Assembly: GCA_951406725.2 (NCBI GenBank)
Contig: OX597830.1
Span: 60,264,001 to 60,328,000, forward strand
DNA length: 64,000 nucleotides
Direction: 5' to 3'
DNA from: Octopus vulgaris
Lineage: Eukaryota
Shown: positions 1 to 13,932 of the stretch, piece by piece
Numbering within the stretch: the first letter of the stretch is position 1
Layout: each line of letters opens with the position of its first letter
Position numbers and translations under genes: made by a program
Notes under the pieces: generated by a model
The model's input: the letters and a program-made list of their open reading frames with translations, nothing else
Databases searched by the model: none
What the model was told of the DNA's origin: nothing

Positions 1-87
<87 letters not shown>

Positions 88-302
88 TGCTTATATACAT
101 ACATGCACACCCAATCGTATGTATACATGTGAACGTAAATGTCTCCTGATGTTACTGGATTAAGGTAGTAAATTGTAAAATATGCAAAGGAAACATGATG
201 AATGGAGATAAACTGAGAGAATTAGTTAAATTTCCTATTGAAATGAAAAAAGGGAGAAGGAAAGAGGGTAAGAAATGCATATGTGTTCGCGCGTGTGTAC
301 GA

Positions 303-363
<61 letters not shown>

Positions 364-663
364 AGAATGAGAGAGAGATTGAAATAGATAGATGAAGAAA
401 GAAAGAAACAAGGTAAATAAGAGGGCGCTCTTAGGGAGCTCTCGTCATGCTGTCTCTTTGAGAGGTAAGATCGATATCTATATTAGGTTGTTGTCCTTAC
501 ACCACTTCTCTGCGGCACTGAATCGTGAACTCCATACACGAAGTATGTTTAGCAATTTCATTGTTATTATTTGCTGTGCTCCAGATACAAACGCAACGTC
601 AAATGAAGGGACAAACTAAAACATGATTCTACATTGTTGACGCGTAACACGGCTGATATTTAA

Positions 664-871
664 TCTTTTACTTGTTTCAGTCATTTGACTGCGGCCATGC
701 TAGAGCACCGCCTTTAATCGAGCAAATCGACCCCGGGACTTATTCTTTTGTAAGCTTATTCTATCTGTCTCTTTTGCCGAACCGCTAAGTAACGGGGACA
801 TAAACACACCAGCGTCGGTTGTCAAGCAATGCTAGGGGGACAAACACAGACACACAAACACACACACACTC

Positions 872-904
<33 letters not shown>

Positions 905-1070
905 TACGACGGGCTTCTTTCAGTTTCCGTCTACCAAATCCACTCACAAGGCTTTGGTCAGCCCGAGGCTACAGTAGAAGACATTTGCCCAAGGTGCCAT
1001 GCAGTGGGACTGAACCCGGAACCATATGGTTGGTAAACGAGCTACTTACCACACAGCCACTCCTGCGCCT
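664..1070 (-). mobile_element. tRNA-derived SINE family A, full length, with internal (CA)n(TA)n microsatellite
   Basis: Minus-strand head AGGCGCAGGAGTGGCTGTGTGGTAAG (A box) and GGTTCAGTCCC (B box); tail CAGTCAAATGACTGAAACAAGTAAAAG; near-identical copies at 34769, 37722, 40683 and 56648. Confidence 0.9.
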
Positions 1071-1328
1071 TCTTTTTTTTTTTTCTTCTTTCAGGATTCA
1101 AATGTGATGTCCAAAACAGTTATTCGAAACCTGATGTAGCCGTTTAAGACAATTTGCCATCCGTAACAAAGCTAGTTACAGCTTTCCGTCGAGCCAGAAA
1201 TTGTTCAACTGCATTTCTGACGGCAAGAACGACAAGAGCGTTTTTATAACCCACTGCAGAACAAATATTAAAGGGAACCTCGGTTGTAATGCATCGATTT
1301 TTGGTTTTCGCGCAGATGCGTATGTGTG

Positions 1329-1386
<58 letters not shown>

Positions 1387-1544
1387 CATGTATGTATGTA
1401 TGTATATACATATATATATTTCTTGCGTTATCGATGTCTATTTCTACATTGGCGCGTCCTCTTCCCAGTTATCTAAGAGAATTTCCAATCATTATTCTTC
1501 ATTTAGGGATAGCAGTAAACGTTATACCACAGAGCTAAGTAAAT

Positions 1545-1650
1545 TGGTTTGGTTTTGTTCAAGAAGATAACGCAACGCCCGGTCTGGGAATCGAACCCAC
1601 GATCTCGTAAACATGAGTGCGGCACCTTAATCACTAAGCCATGCACCTTC
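1545..1650 (-). mobile_element. tRNA-derived SINE head, minor family C
   Basis: Reverse complement has TGGCTTAGTGA (A box) and GGTTCGATTCCC (B box); related to the copy at 29768-29915. Confidence 0.6.
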
Positions 1651-1733
1651 ACACACACACACAAACACACACATATATATATGCATATGTATATATATAT
1701 GTGCATGTGTGTGTATGCACGTATGTTTGTATG

Positions 1734-1781
<48 letters not shown>

Positions 1782-1974
1782 TGTATATGTCAGGTCACTT
1801 TCGACTGCTACTGGTAACATGTAACCCAGTACAACCTGTTGCATGGTCGGGAGCGTGTTTATTGGACACCCTGCGGGATGAAAAACAAAACCCGTCAAAG
1901 GGCGGAGGAACTCTTGAGAGTCAACGGCGATCCAATATATGTGTAATTTTTTTTCTTAAGGCTTAAAGCTGTAT

Positions 1975-2405
1975 CATGCGCGGGGATCTATTATCACTGA
2001 GGATTTGGGTATGAGACGCGTGTCTGCCAAGTTTGTACCAAAACTGCTTTCAGCTGACCAAAAAGACTTTCGGTTTTCAGTTGCACAAGATCTCCTTGAT
2101 TGTGTTGAGAACGATGAAAACCTTTTGAAAACTTTGTGTAGGCCGTTGAACATGTATTGCCATGCTTTTGGCAAAATTTGATCCAGATTCTCTGCTCAAC
2201 TTTGTGTCATGGTCAATGCAACAATCACACATTACACACCTTTATTCCAAGCACTGCTGTAAACAGCAGAAGTGAGTTAGAACATTAAAACTTAGTGAAC
2301 ATGCACAGCAGAGTTCAAGGTCAATCTGTGGCAAGCGGCTTTACTCTGCGTGCTTTAGCTTCGTTCCTATGGCAACTGTCCGGATACTTATTGATCAAAC
2401 GACGT
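1975..2405. mobile_element. Rearranged mariner remnant (internal fragment on +, transposase 5' end on -)
   Basis: The + strand reads IITEDLGMRRVSAKFVPKLLSADQK (WVPHEL-type motif). The - strand from ~2200 reads KVEQRIWIKFCQKHGNTC (mariner N-terminus), with a TIR-like end near 2380-2405. Confidence 0.75.
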
Positions 2406-3111
2406 ATGTGTGTGTAGTACGCATACAACACGCTTATTACATACACATACACACATATGCAAATATATTTGCTGGGATACCGTCTTGAAGGTAGGGTTTA
2501 GTCGAACAAATCGACACTAGTATTTATTGTAAAAGCCAGATACTTATTCTATCGATCTTTGTTGGCAAACCGCTGCATCACACACATATGAATTGGAACA
2601 TGAATGTTGAAGCGTCGAGAAATATGTCAATAACTCTTTATCAACGACGCGTCTCAAAACTAATTCAGCTCGTTTTTACCTTATAATACATAGTGCTATA
2701 ACCCTCTTGAATGGTAAGAAACAAAAAGCTACCTGCAGGACACGATCCACGTATCTTCTGGTATCTAGACAGGTGTGATACTGATTATATCAAACTAGCC
2801 GCTGGTCAGTTATCTTCCAAATTGAACGCTTTGATATAATCAGCCACAGGACTCTGCGCATATTCAGTCAAATTCCACTTACACGGTATAGATGAAACCG
2901 AGCCTATATCACAAGATCCTACAGAGAAGATTGAACCTGGATACACAGGTTAGGAAACAGACTCGTTAACCACATGCACGTACGCAACATTTCAAACAAC
3001 ACATAAATAAATACACATACAGGCACGTGCGCGCACGCAAACGCACGAACACACGCACACACATACACACACACATATAAGAATCACAGGAGACTAAGTT
3101 AAAAAGAGAGG

Positions 3112-3180
<69 letters not shown>

Positions 3181-3242
3181 GCAGACAGACAGACACAGAG
3201 GAACAGGTCGATCGTACAGGATGAGAGAAAAGAGATGGGGCA

Positions 3243-3287
<45 letters not shown>

Positions 3288-3997
3288 GCTCGTTAAAGAG
3301 TTTATTAATGTCTTGTATTCCGAAAAGCATGGCATATTCTTAAACAACGCTTAATCCTTTGCCTGTGGTACGACCTTTATCCACGTATCTCCCTCACACT
3401 GGCAGCATTCACGTATACCCACTGCAGTGAACTAGCTATTTACAAGAAGCGAAAAAACAAAACCCTGTATATGACCATTAGAGGGGTGCTTTGACTAAAT
3501 ATAAATACAATTATGCACCACCATCGTCATAAACGACCGCAGCTGATGACGCAACAAGCCCCGGCAACAACGACGACCATAAAAAGCAACACATGCTATA
3601 ACTATTACCGCAACCACATAAAAGACATAATAGCGTCCCATCATTGCAAAAATCCAATCAGAATATGGCGGCTATGACCATTATGGCGGCAAATGGCAAA
3701 GAATATAGGAGAGTCCGGTTGAATAAAACACCTTTGAAGAATGTGGGAAGTGAGTTGTAAAGCGAAGTGATATGATGGGTTTTGATGGATCCGCTTTTCA
3801 TTTAAACACAGCAGTGGAAGCCTGGATCGTTTGCTGAAAAGACCATAATGAGGAGAAAATTAGTTAGAAAAAAGAATAAAGGAATAAAAATATAAAATTT
3901 CCTATTTCTAAAATGCTTGCTCATGCAGCAACATAAACATATTTCATTATATAAGTGTGTGTGCATGTGTGTGCGTGTGTATGTGTGTGTGTGCATG

Positions 3998-4038
<41 letters not shown>

Positions 4039-4182
4039 TATCGTAATTTCTCATATATATATAAAGAGAGAGTAAGAGTGACGACGATAGACAGACACAT
4101 ACAGACGCGTACACATACACACGTATAACACTAGCGTTTAGTGAAGCCATATTCATACATACATTCATACATACATACATAC

Positions 4183-4395
<213 letters not shown>

Positions 4396-5215
4396 TGCAT
4401 TCATGGTGTTTATGCATGCATACATGCATATACACAGATGCATACAAATATATGTATAATTTTTATATGTATGCATGTATGCTTATTCCTGCATGTCCAT
4501 ACACCGTATCTCATCACGCATAAACGGACCAGCAAAGACATTAAAAGCACACACACACACACACTCAAACACACTCATACACACTCAAACACACTCATAC
4601 ACACACAGACGTACAGACAGACACAAGGGGACATATTGTTAACAATGTTTACAAACCAGAGAAACCCGAATAATGGCGCTAACATGTAGTTTACATCTGT
4701 ATCTGTTTGTTTTCTGTTTTCTTTCTTCCTCTTTCTGGCTCACATCGAAAATTATACCTCTCTCTCCTTTCTCTCCCTCTCTCCCCTCTCTCCCCCTCTC
4801 TCTCCTCTTTCTCTCTCTCTCCTCTTTCTCTCTCTCTCCTCTCTCTCTCCTCTCTCTCTCCTCTCTTTCCTCGCCTCTCTCTTCTACCTAGCCATCATCA
4901 CTCTTTCTCCGCTTCCCTTATTCTCTCTCATCTTTTATAGCTCTGCTTATCTCTCAATGTGTACACATTGTTGCATGCCACAATGTATGCACATGCATTT
5001 ATGGTAATGGCTTGTCAACTTCAAAATGAGCGCCAACCTTCAGTCATAATATTTCACTCATCAATTCAAAGTATTCTTGTTTCTCTCCTCTCAGCCTCTC
5101 CACTGCAGCAACAGCGATTGATGCAGTCTGCAAAGGTGTGTTTATGCATGGGTGTGAACCCCTTCTATGTCAGTGTTAACTTCAACTCACGCACGCATAC
5201 ACACGCACACACACA

Positions 5216-5269
<54 letters not shown>

Positions 5270-5453
5270 TACACACACAACACAACTCACAAACATACGC
5301 ATCCCTTTGGGAGTGTCATTCAGTGTTGTCTGTGTATATGCGTATGTACAGGAATGGTTAGGCATCCACATACAGTCATACACATATACATATATAGCAG
5401 CTCACACGTAATGTACACATACACACACGCGTTGAAGGAGGGAGTACTGCATT

Positions 5454-5509
<56 letters not shown>

Positions 5510-6190
5510 GAATGTATGTATGTATGTATATATGTGTGTGTGTGTGTCTATGTATGTGTGTATGTATATATGTATGATATTTATACATTTATGAATGCAT
5601 GCTTTCTCAGATGCAGAAGAGAAGCTTTGATGCTGAATAAATCACTGCATTATACGCATCTATATAAACGCACACATGTCCACATGAGCCGTGTATGCGC
5701 ACATGGAGCAATGCATGTATACTTATCTTTGCATGAATGTGTGCAAATATTAGTTTCAATAAATGAAGATCTCGTCTCTGCCGCCGCCGCCGCCGCACAC
5801 ACGTCTTACTGGATGCTTTCTTCAGCCTCTCTTCCTCATATACGTCATATACACCGACAAAAAAGGAAAAAAGAAAACATTTGAATATTGATATATTATC
5901 GCTGCTCTTTTTGGTTTCTTAGCTTCTTTATACCAAGGATGTACTAACATACATTTGCATATTTCCTTAAGTTAATACCTGCATATGTAGACCCACGCCA
6001 ACAACCACATACGCGCAAGCAAAACAGCACACGTACATACAAGCATATATATATATATATATTTGATATTAAATATTTGATATTATATATTATATATGTA
6101 TGCCTATGTATGCTTGTTTGTATGTATATATCTATGTATATCTTTGTGTGTGTATGTATGTATCTCTATCTCTATCTCTCTACACACACA

Positions 6191-6505
<315 letters not shown>

Positions 6506-6896
6506 ATATATAAACATATTCACATACGATGAATAAAAGTCGCAGGAAATATGTTACATTGCATTTAAACAGTATCAAAAGTAATTAAACAAACATTAAA
6601 TCACTGATTATTAACTGACGATATTTGATTTGTGCAAAATGACAATTTGTATTTATTTAGGATGACATTTACACGGGAGAGAAACAAATCACGTTTTATT
6701 CAATATTTGGAGTAAAACTAATTCATACACACACACACATACATACATACACACATACATACACACACATACATACATACATACATACATACATACATAC
6801 ATACATACATACATACATACATACATACATGAACATACACATATAGACATAGCTCCCAGCCATACACACTCACGTACGTGTATGTGTGTGAGTGTA

Positions 6897-7480
6897 TAGA
6901 GTGCGGTGAATAAACTGTCGTCTAAATTACGCAAAAATGAAAATAACACTGAAATCTCATTTTAACAGATATATTTACCTAAATTACATAAACATATTTT
7001 AAAATACTAAAGAGTAAATTCATTCATTAGAATCGCCATTGGCTTCAACCATGGCCTCGAGATGACGTCGAGATCTCCTGCAATTCTTCTGGATGATTCC
7101 CCAGTGTAAGTTGTTGAATGCTGCCATAATCCTTGCTTTCAGTTCATCAAGGAGTTTTGTTGGTCCCTTGCTCAACTGCGCCCCCCGCATAATCAAGGTG
7201 GGTTTCAGTTTGGGGAGTTATGTGGTCAGATATTAGGTGTGTTGTGGTCCCAGAAATATTCTGACAGCTATGACTGGGTTCTCCTGCTTACGTGTCATGG
7301 TGCAGAGTCCTGTTGCCAGGCATAGGGTCTTCCAGCAGCCACCCGCATGACCCAGAGCAGCACTACATCATCCAGGCACATATTGTAGGCCTCCGTGTTA
7401 AATCTGAGGGCGTGTAGGAAGATGAATGGAGGTGTAACGTCGCCATCACTAGTGATCACTCCAAACACCATGATGTTGAT
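6897..7480 (-). mobile_element. maT/DD37D-type Tc1/mariner transposase 3' remnant with terminal repeat
   Basis: Reads MVFGVITSDGDVTPPFIF...WQQDSAP*H...PHNSPN*NP-LDY with stops and a frameshift; D-to-D spacing about 37. Confidence 0.75.
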
Positions 7481-7505
7481 TGGATTTTGATTTTTATCAC
7501 TCTCG

Positions 7506-7544
<39 letters not shown>

Positions 7545-7586
7545 CATACATACATACATACATACATACATACATACATACATACA

Positions 7587-7617
<31 letters not shown>

Positions 7618-7640
7618 GTATATATATGTATTCAGGACTC

Positions 7641-8785
7641 ACACACGTATTGTAATAGACAAACGGACGGAGAACAAACACAGAAGGCCACCAATTCCTT
7701 ATCAGTTATCGGCCAAAGTGTCAAGCACAATTTCGTGCCATTATCGATAATATTGCATTCACCCTGGAGGCAACGACTAAGCGAATTGGCTGGGAATGCG
7801 ACCAAGACATAAAACAAGATGAACAAACAAGCATAAACAAGGAATACGGAAATGGACATACGAAAAACGAAATGAATTAACAGAATATGGTCTTAGGGCC
7901 AGGCGAAGGTAACAAAAAATAGATGATAATAGATATACAACAAAAAGAATAAATGTAAAACAAAAAAGCCGTGGGCGAGCAGACAGACAAGAGAAAGTAG
8001 AGCGAGGCGCTCAGAGATGTGTGACCGATTGGGTCAAAAGCAACGCGACAAGAATGACACCGCCTTAGATCGTGACCGGTCACGTGATAATAAGAGGAGG
8101 GAGGAAGAGTCACAGGGACTAGAGAACAACAAGGAGGGGAAAAGAGATAGACAGAGTAAGAACGAGACACACGGAGGAAAAGAAAGGCAGAGAAAGACAG
8201 AGAGAAAGACACAGAAAAGGAAAGGTGAAAAAGAGACAAAAGAAAGGAAAGGGACCGACTAGAGTTGCACGAAAAATATTCCAAGAATATAAGTATTTGC
8301 ATTGGGACTCCCTTCATCGAAAACCGGTGATTGTCGTACGCTGAAGACAGGTCAATACCTAGAAACTGCTGTCTGTGCGTATCACTTAGGTTGACGAAGG
8401 AGGGATGACCTCCCTTTGCAAATACCATAAGGGCACAGAAAGTGTGCCTAAAGCCAGCTGGAGACGATGTTCTCCTGGGGCTAAAAGCTACAGTAACACC
8501 CACCCTTAGTGGTTAGCCATATTGAGATGGCAAGTATACCTCACATATTCCAAGAATATTTCTGCGAATGGGTCAAAATTAAGGAGTGCGTTGAGTTATG
8601 TGAGTAATATTTTCTGTAGTCAAACACGTATAGTAATAGACAAACGGTCGGAAAGACGTCTTCTAAACGCACTGAATAAACAGACGAACGGCGATCTGAC
8701 TGTCACCTGTACCTTTGACAAGAGATGCCAATTAGTCTTTTCATCAGTTATCGGTCAAGGTGTTGAGCACAATTTCGTGTCAACA
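7641..8785. mobile_element. Non-coding element bounded by imperfect direct repeats, containing a hammerhead motif (Penelope pLTR-like)
   Basis: ACACGTATWGTAATAGACAAACGGWCGGA and ATCAGTTATCGGYCAARGTGTYRAGCACAATTTCGTG recur at 7641-7740 and 8621-8785; hammerhead motif at 8336-8378. Confidence 0.55.
8336..8378 (+). ncRNA. Type I hammerhead ribozyme motif, canonical core
   Basis: GTACG-CTGAAGA-c-AGGT-caat-ACCT-a-GAAA-CTGCTG-TC-TGTGC; stem I can extend via GTGAT/ATCAC. Confidence 0.65.
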
Positions 8786-10094
8786 CCTTGGCCGATAATT
8801 GGTGACATGTGTGTGTATATGTGTGTATGTGCGTGTGAGTGTGTGTGCATGAGTGTCTATTGTGTGCGTACATATGAGTGTGTGTCTGTGTTTGTGGTTG
8901 TCTCCCACTACCGCTTGACAACCGGTGTTAGTTTGTCTACATCCCTGTTACCTAGCGGTTCGGCAAAACAGACCGATGACTGAAACAAGTAAAATATAAA
9001 AGATGCAAAAGGTAGGTACGATGCATTCGTAGGGTTGTCAAAATCTTAATCACAGGTTCAATGTAAATTTTTTTTTTAAATTCCCAATGCGGCAATAAAA
9101 TATCGACAACTCTTGTGGAATTTGAACTAAATTGAAATTTAGTAACATGAAATATTAGGAAAGCATAAATATCAGTAACTCTACTTAAATTTTAGTCGTT
9201 TAAGAATCTAAGTATTCTACAAACCATATCATTTCTTATTCCGCTTATAATTTAAGCGATTCTTTAATTTCCAAATTCTCATTAAATTGGGGTTTAGTGT
9301 TACACGTATCGAAGTGTCTAGAACAGGTAAGTGACGTCCCATCTATGAGTTGACGAATGGAGACGAGTTCCAGAAGAGTAATTATTTCATTAGACTAATG
9401 AAAAATATCTTAATTAATGGTCCCGAAATTCTCGAAATGGCCGACATCATTCAGTTCATTTATCGAATCAGCTAAAATAAAAATTTTAATCGATGATTGA
9501 AAATTTTCCAATTCATAATGCCTTGAAATCCTTGAATGCATTCTGTAATAATTCTAGATTTTCGTCCAAGCATGCTACCGACTTCACTAGACTACAATGC
9601 AATGATGTTTATTGTTGTATTATATGTCAAGTACAGCAGTATTCAACGTTCGCCATCTTAAATATATTCTCTACTATTGTTGCTTCAAGAAACGTTGAAT
9701 AATCAGCTAATTCACATTTTAGTGAAATTGCATGCACAGGTTTCTTTCAAGTTAATGATGCTTTATTAATAATAATAACTATTTTTGATTCGTTTTCGAT
9801 AATACACTGAAAATTTAATTTCTTGCTGATTCCATAATATATACAGCAATGAGATATTCAAGAAGTCACGAATGCGCACACTTATTCCATTCTAATTCAG
9901 ATTTCTACCTTAGCGCGACGGTTGGTGTCTTTTTACTTAGGCGAAATCTATGCTAAACATTTTGCTACCTAGTTCGACATACCTTTCTTTAATCTTATCA
10001 AAAACCGCCATAAGGCTTTCCATTCTTGCTTTATACGCTGTCTACAACATCTGAGTAAAATTTGATTAATAAAAGTTTTCTAGTTTTTGCTTTT

Positions 10095-10356
10095 TTGTCG
10101 TCTGAATTACGCAAAAATGAAAATAACACTGACATCTCATTTTAACAGATATATTTACCTAAATTACTTTAAAATATTTTGTAATACTTAAGAGTAAATT
10201 CATTCAATAAAATCGCCATTGGCTTTAACCATGGCCCCCAGACAACTTCTTAATCTCCTGCAACTCTTCTGAACGATCCCCCTGTGTAAGTTGTTGAATG
10301 CTGCTATAATCCTTGCTTTCAGTTCATCATCGACAGTTTATTCACCGCACTCTATA
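10095..10356. mobile_element. Second, rearranged copy of the maT/DD37D element 3' end
   Basis: 10095-10329 aligns with 6916-7149 and is followed by the reverse complement of the terminal repeat. Confidence 0.75.
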
Positions 10357-12205
10357 CACTCACACACACACACACACATGACTTAATAACTTTTTTCTCG
10401 ACTTTTATTGTGAAAGAACGAAGAGCAACGCCAAAACCTTTTTTTCAGGACCAGTGAAAAGATGTGGTGACATCTTACTTTGCATTTCAGAAAAAAAGTA
10501 TGAAATTGTTTTATTTTAAAGATTCCCAATTGTGACTTCTTTTTACAAGGAAAACAGCCAAGATGTCTTTTAGAACTAATACATCATACCTTTTCAGAAC
10601 ATAAGCGTATTGCTTGGAATTTTAACAACAGGTAATAAATTTTTATTTTTAGAATCATGAAAGACCTTTTCTTTTAAAATTGGAAGCTCATTTTCCCATT
10701 TTTATACCTATTTCAACTACAGAATTATTGGTAGTTGATTTTTGTCACTTGGTTGTTTAATCGAAGGGTAGCAGTACCATTTTTTTTTTCACGTATGATT
10801 CAAGATATACCAACTAGTCTTGCATCCTCAGTTAATTTTTGCATGAGATATGTTAATACAGATATCATATATTATATATATTTAACATTTTACGTGAAGT
10901 AGGGATTAAATATTAAAAAAACAATATAAATATTATTTTTTATTAATGAATTTTTTCGAAACTTTGGCGTAGTAGAGAATTCTTAAATCGATCAAAGGTA
11001 GCCGCTTGTTGTTTTGTATAAGTTTCATGGGTGAAATTATTTCCTCTTCACATCTGTACATCGCCCTGGAACGACAGATGTAACTCTGAGCATGGGCAAG
11101 TTTACTTTGTTGTGAAAATTGTTCACAGGGTAATAATTGCCAACTCAACAGCAAGCAGAACTGAGAGCGTTCATCAAATTTTACTTTCGATAGTGAATTT
11201 GTTTTCAAGCTATGGAATACCATTTGTATGTTACTTTTCTCATAACTTTATTTTGTTCATTTTATTAAACTGGGTTTATAAATTCGAATGTGTTGTCTCC
11301 AATCTTCACCAAAATACCGAAAACAACTTGAAAATGACTTTTTCAATATAGTTAGTTTATTTTTTAAATATATTTTGTAAAATGGCTACAAATTTCAACA
11401 CATTCACTCTTCAGTTTTAATAATTTTTTAAAAGAGTACAAACCCACAAAGATTTACAGGGACGAGCAAAACACAATTCTTTCGGATAACTGTTCCACCT
11501 GGTCAAAGCTGCAATGGACTGGCGCTAGCTGCCACCTTACGATCAAACTAGTCTGAAATAAGAATCGAACTCAAGACGGATTTGCAATAACTCAAATGCC
11601 ATTTCTAATAATTCAATACACTATATGAAAATAAGGTAAAAATGAAAATATTAAAATTAGGTAAAATTCGGGAGGCCTTGGTGATGATCTGCGGTCAAAG
11701 TAGTTAACATAGAGCTTGGAACGATGGTAAAGTTTATTTGGCGCGTGGATGCTGGGTGATAATATTATTTCCCTCTGGTCCTTCATCTGAGAGTAGGGAA
11801 ATGAGAACAAAACTGAAATTAATGTCTATATTTTAATAGAGATAAAAGATTGTTAAGCACAAGTGATGTGAGAAGTTAAAATGCGAAGAAGGCGAATGAA
11901 CGAAAGTGAATTGTCGGAAAGTTTGACTGAGAGGGAGATAATATAGATACTTCTAACGACCACAAAAGTAAGATGCGGTTAAGATGACAAGTTTAAGATA
12001 CTGTGAAGAGGTGCCAAAAAAGGTAGAGGAAGCAGGTAGGACAATACATTAAACAAGCATAGATTGAAATATTATTACGATTACAATTGGAACAGTGTGT
12101 TATAAGGGCAGAAGTAAAGCATCAGAAGTTTAGGGGAATTTCTGACTAAACACACAACTAATATTTTTTTCTAATGAGCGCATTTAACACCAGTATGGAT
12201 ATTTT

Positions 12206-12623
12206 GGATCTTCTCGGTTAGAACGGTAGTTTTTTCTAGCGGTGTCATATGAAATTATCACCCATAATTATGACCCTAGTATCGATCTATTGCATTTCAA
12301 TCTGTTTTAGGGTTAGGGTTAGGGGTGGGGGGAAGGGCATCTTTTTTTCTTCCCAAATGTAAATAAACCCAATCTGTTTCTTAAACGAGGGACATATTCA
12401 TACGGCACAGAATGTTTTTTACCTCAATAGACGTCAGTGATTGGTTGAAATTGCAGAAATTGAAGAAGAAAAACCAACAAGTATCTTACAAACTATAGAA
12501 TTTTCTCAATGAAGCCAAGAGAAAAAGATGTTTTATAAACACATTCTACCAGTATACGAAGTTTAAAAGTGTTTAGTTACCTAGAAATTATGTTAAAAAC
12601 TGCCGTTCAAACGGAAAAGATCC
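12206..12623 (-). mobile_element. MITE with ~29-bp TIR GGATCTTTTCGGTTTGAACGGCAGTTTTT (copy 1)
   Basis: TIRs at both ends; reverse complement of copies at 34162 and 38516; internal TTAGGG tract. Confidence 0.9.
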
Positions 12624-13699
12624 CTAATATTTTTTCTAATGAGCGCATTTAACACCAGGATGGATATTTTGGATTATTAAAACAGGAAATGCTCAAACCC
12701 ACCGTTTTCTCGCACTCTTACACCAACATAAAATTACATAAATGCATATAGTGATATATACATAAACATCCATATATACACAGATGCATATAAACACTCA
12801 TGTATATCTCCAAAACAATCCCCTGAATGTTAAATCAACACAGAAAGTTTTGATTAAGTTTCACCTCAAAACTTCTAATTCCAATTGAATTATTGTCGAC
12901 GTCGTCGAAAGAGGCGGAGTCATTTGGTCGGCCGTCGTGATTGCCATCGTAGCTTTTCGTCGAGGTATTGCTTGTATCCGATTCGTGGTGAAACGGTACG
13001 AAATGGCTACAACTCAGATAACCATTACACATACAAACACACAAATGTGTGTGCGTGTGTATATATATATATATAGCACATCAGCAGTGAAGAACAGGTG
13101 GAAAGTACTCCATAGAGGAGTGTAAATAATTTAAAGCTTTCAGCTGAAACTGAAACTAACTGTTGAAACTTAGTCCCCGCACGTGCTAAACATCTGTTCT
13201 ATCAGTAAAGTCATTTAACCAATTAGAAAGCGGAGCATATTCTTTTCGGTGTCCACACACCAACCGGCTCCTTTACACTTTCGCTCCTGCATTTAAGGGC
13301 TCGAGATACAAATTATATAATAGAATAAAAGAAATGTTAAGTGGTTAACCACCAGTTCGAGGTTTTCTCTGGGGTAAGCTATTTTATATATTTCTATATC
13401 TGCTGGGTTTTCCTTACTTTTTTTTCTTTTTCTCGGAGCATTCCTGAATTAATTTTCTAATTTATCCGTATGATAATACTGCACAAATCCTGAACCGATT
13501 CTCTTCACATGACTTTTGTAACAACAGACTTGTTATATAATTTTTATTGTTTTACGTGTTTGAACGAAAATTGCTGACAAAAGAAACAGGTGCTGTACCA
13601 CGTGTGAACATTTTTAGTTTCAGAGAAGTGGTTTCACTGACCGAATTAAATTATATTTGACTGAATGCTAAAGGGTTAAACGTATAATTAATTCTGATT

Positions 13700-13901
13700 G
13701 AGACAAAAGGTCAACAGTTTTGAATGGAGGGAGTTTGTTGATTATATCGACTTCAGTACTTCAATAGTATTTCATTTTATTAACCTCAGAGATAAAAGGA
13801 GAATTTGAGCTTGGCCGGATTTGAACTTAGAGCGTAAAGAGTTGGATCAAATAGCACAAGCATTTTGTGCGACGCCCTAACGATTCTGCCAATCCCCGCC
13901 T

Positions 13902-13902
<1 letters not shown>
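13700..13902 (-). mobile_element. SINE family B, degenerate
   Basis: Reverse complement matches the head GGCGG..TTGGCAGAATCGTTAG and the body of the 41707 copy. Confidence 0.65.

Positions 13903-13932
<30 letters not shown>

Noticed and set aside
1790-1935. HDV-like ribozyme in an RTE-like 5' UTR fragment
   Set aside because: Could not build the nested double pseudoknot by eye; the fragment is probably incomplete.
12307-12330. TTAGGG repeats as a telomere or fusion site
   Set aside because: Only 2-3 units, and an integral part of the MITE in all three copies.
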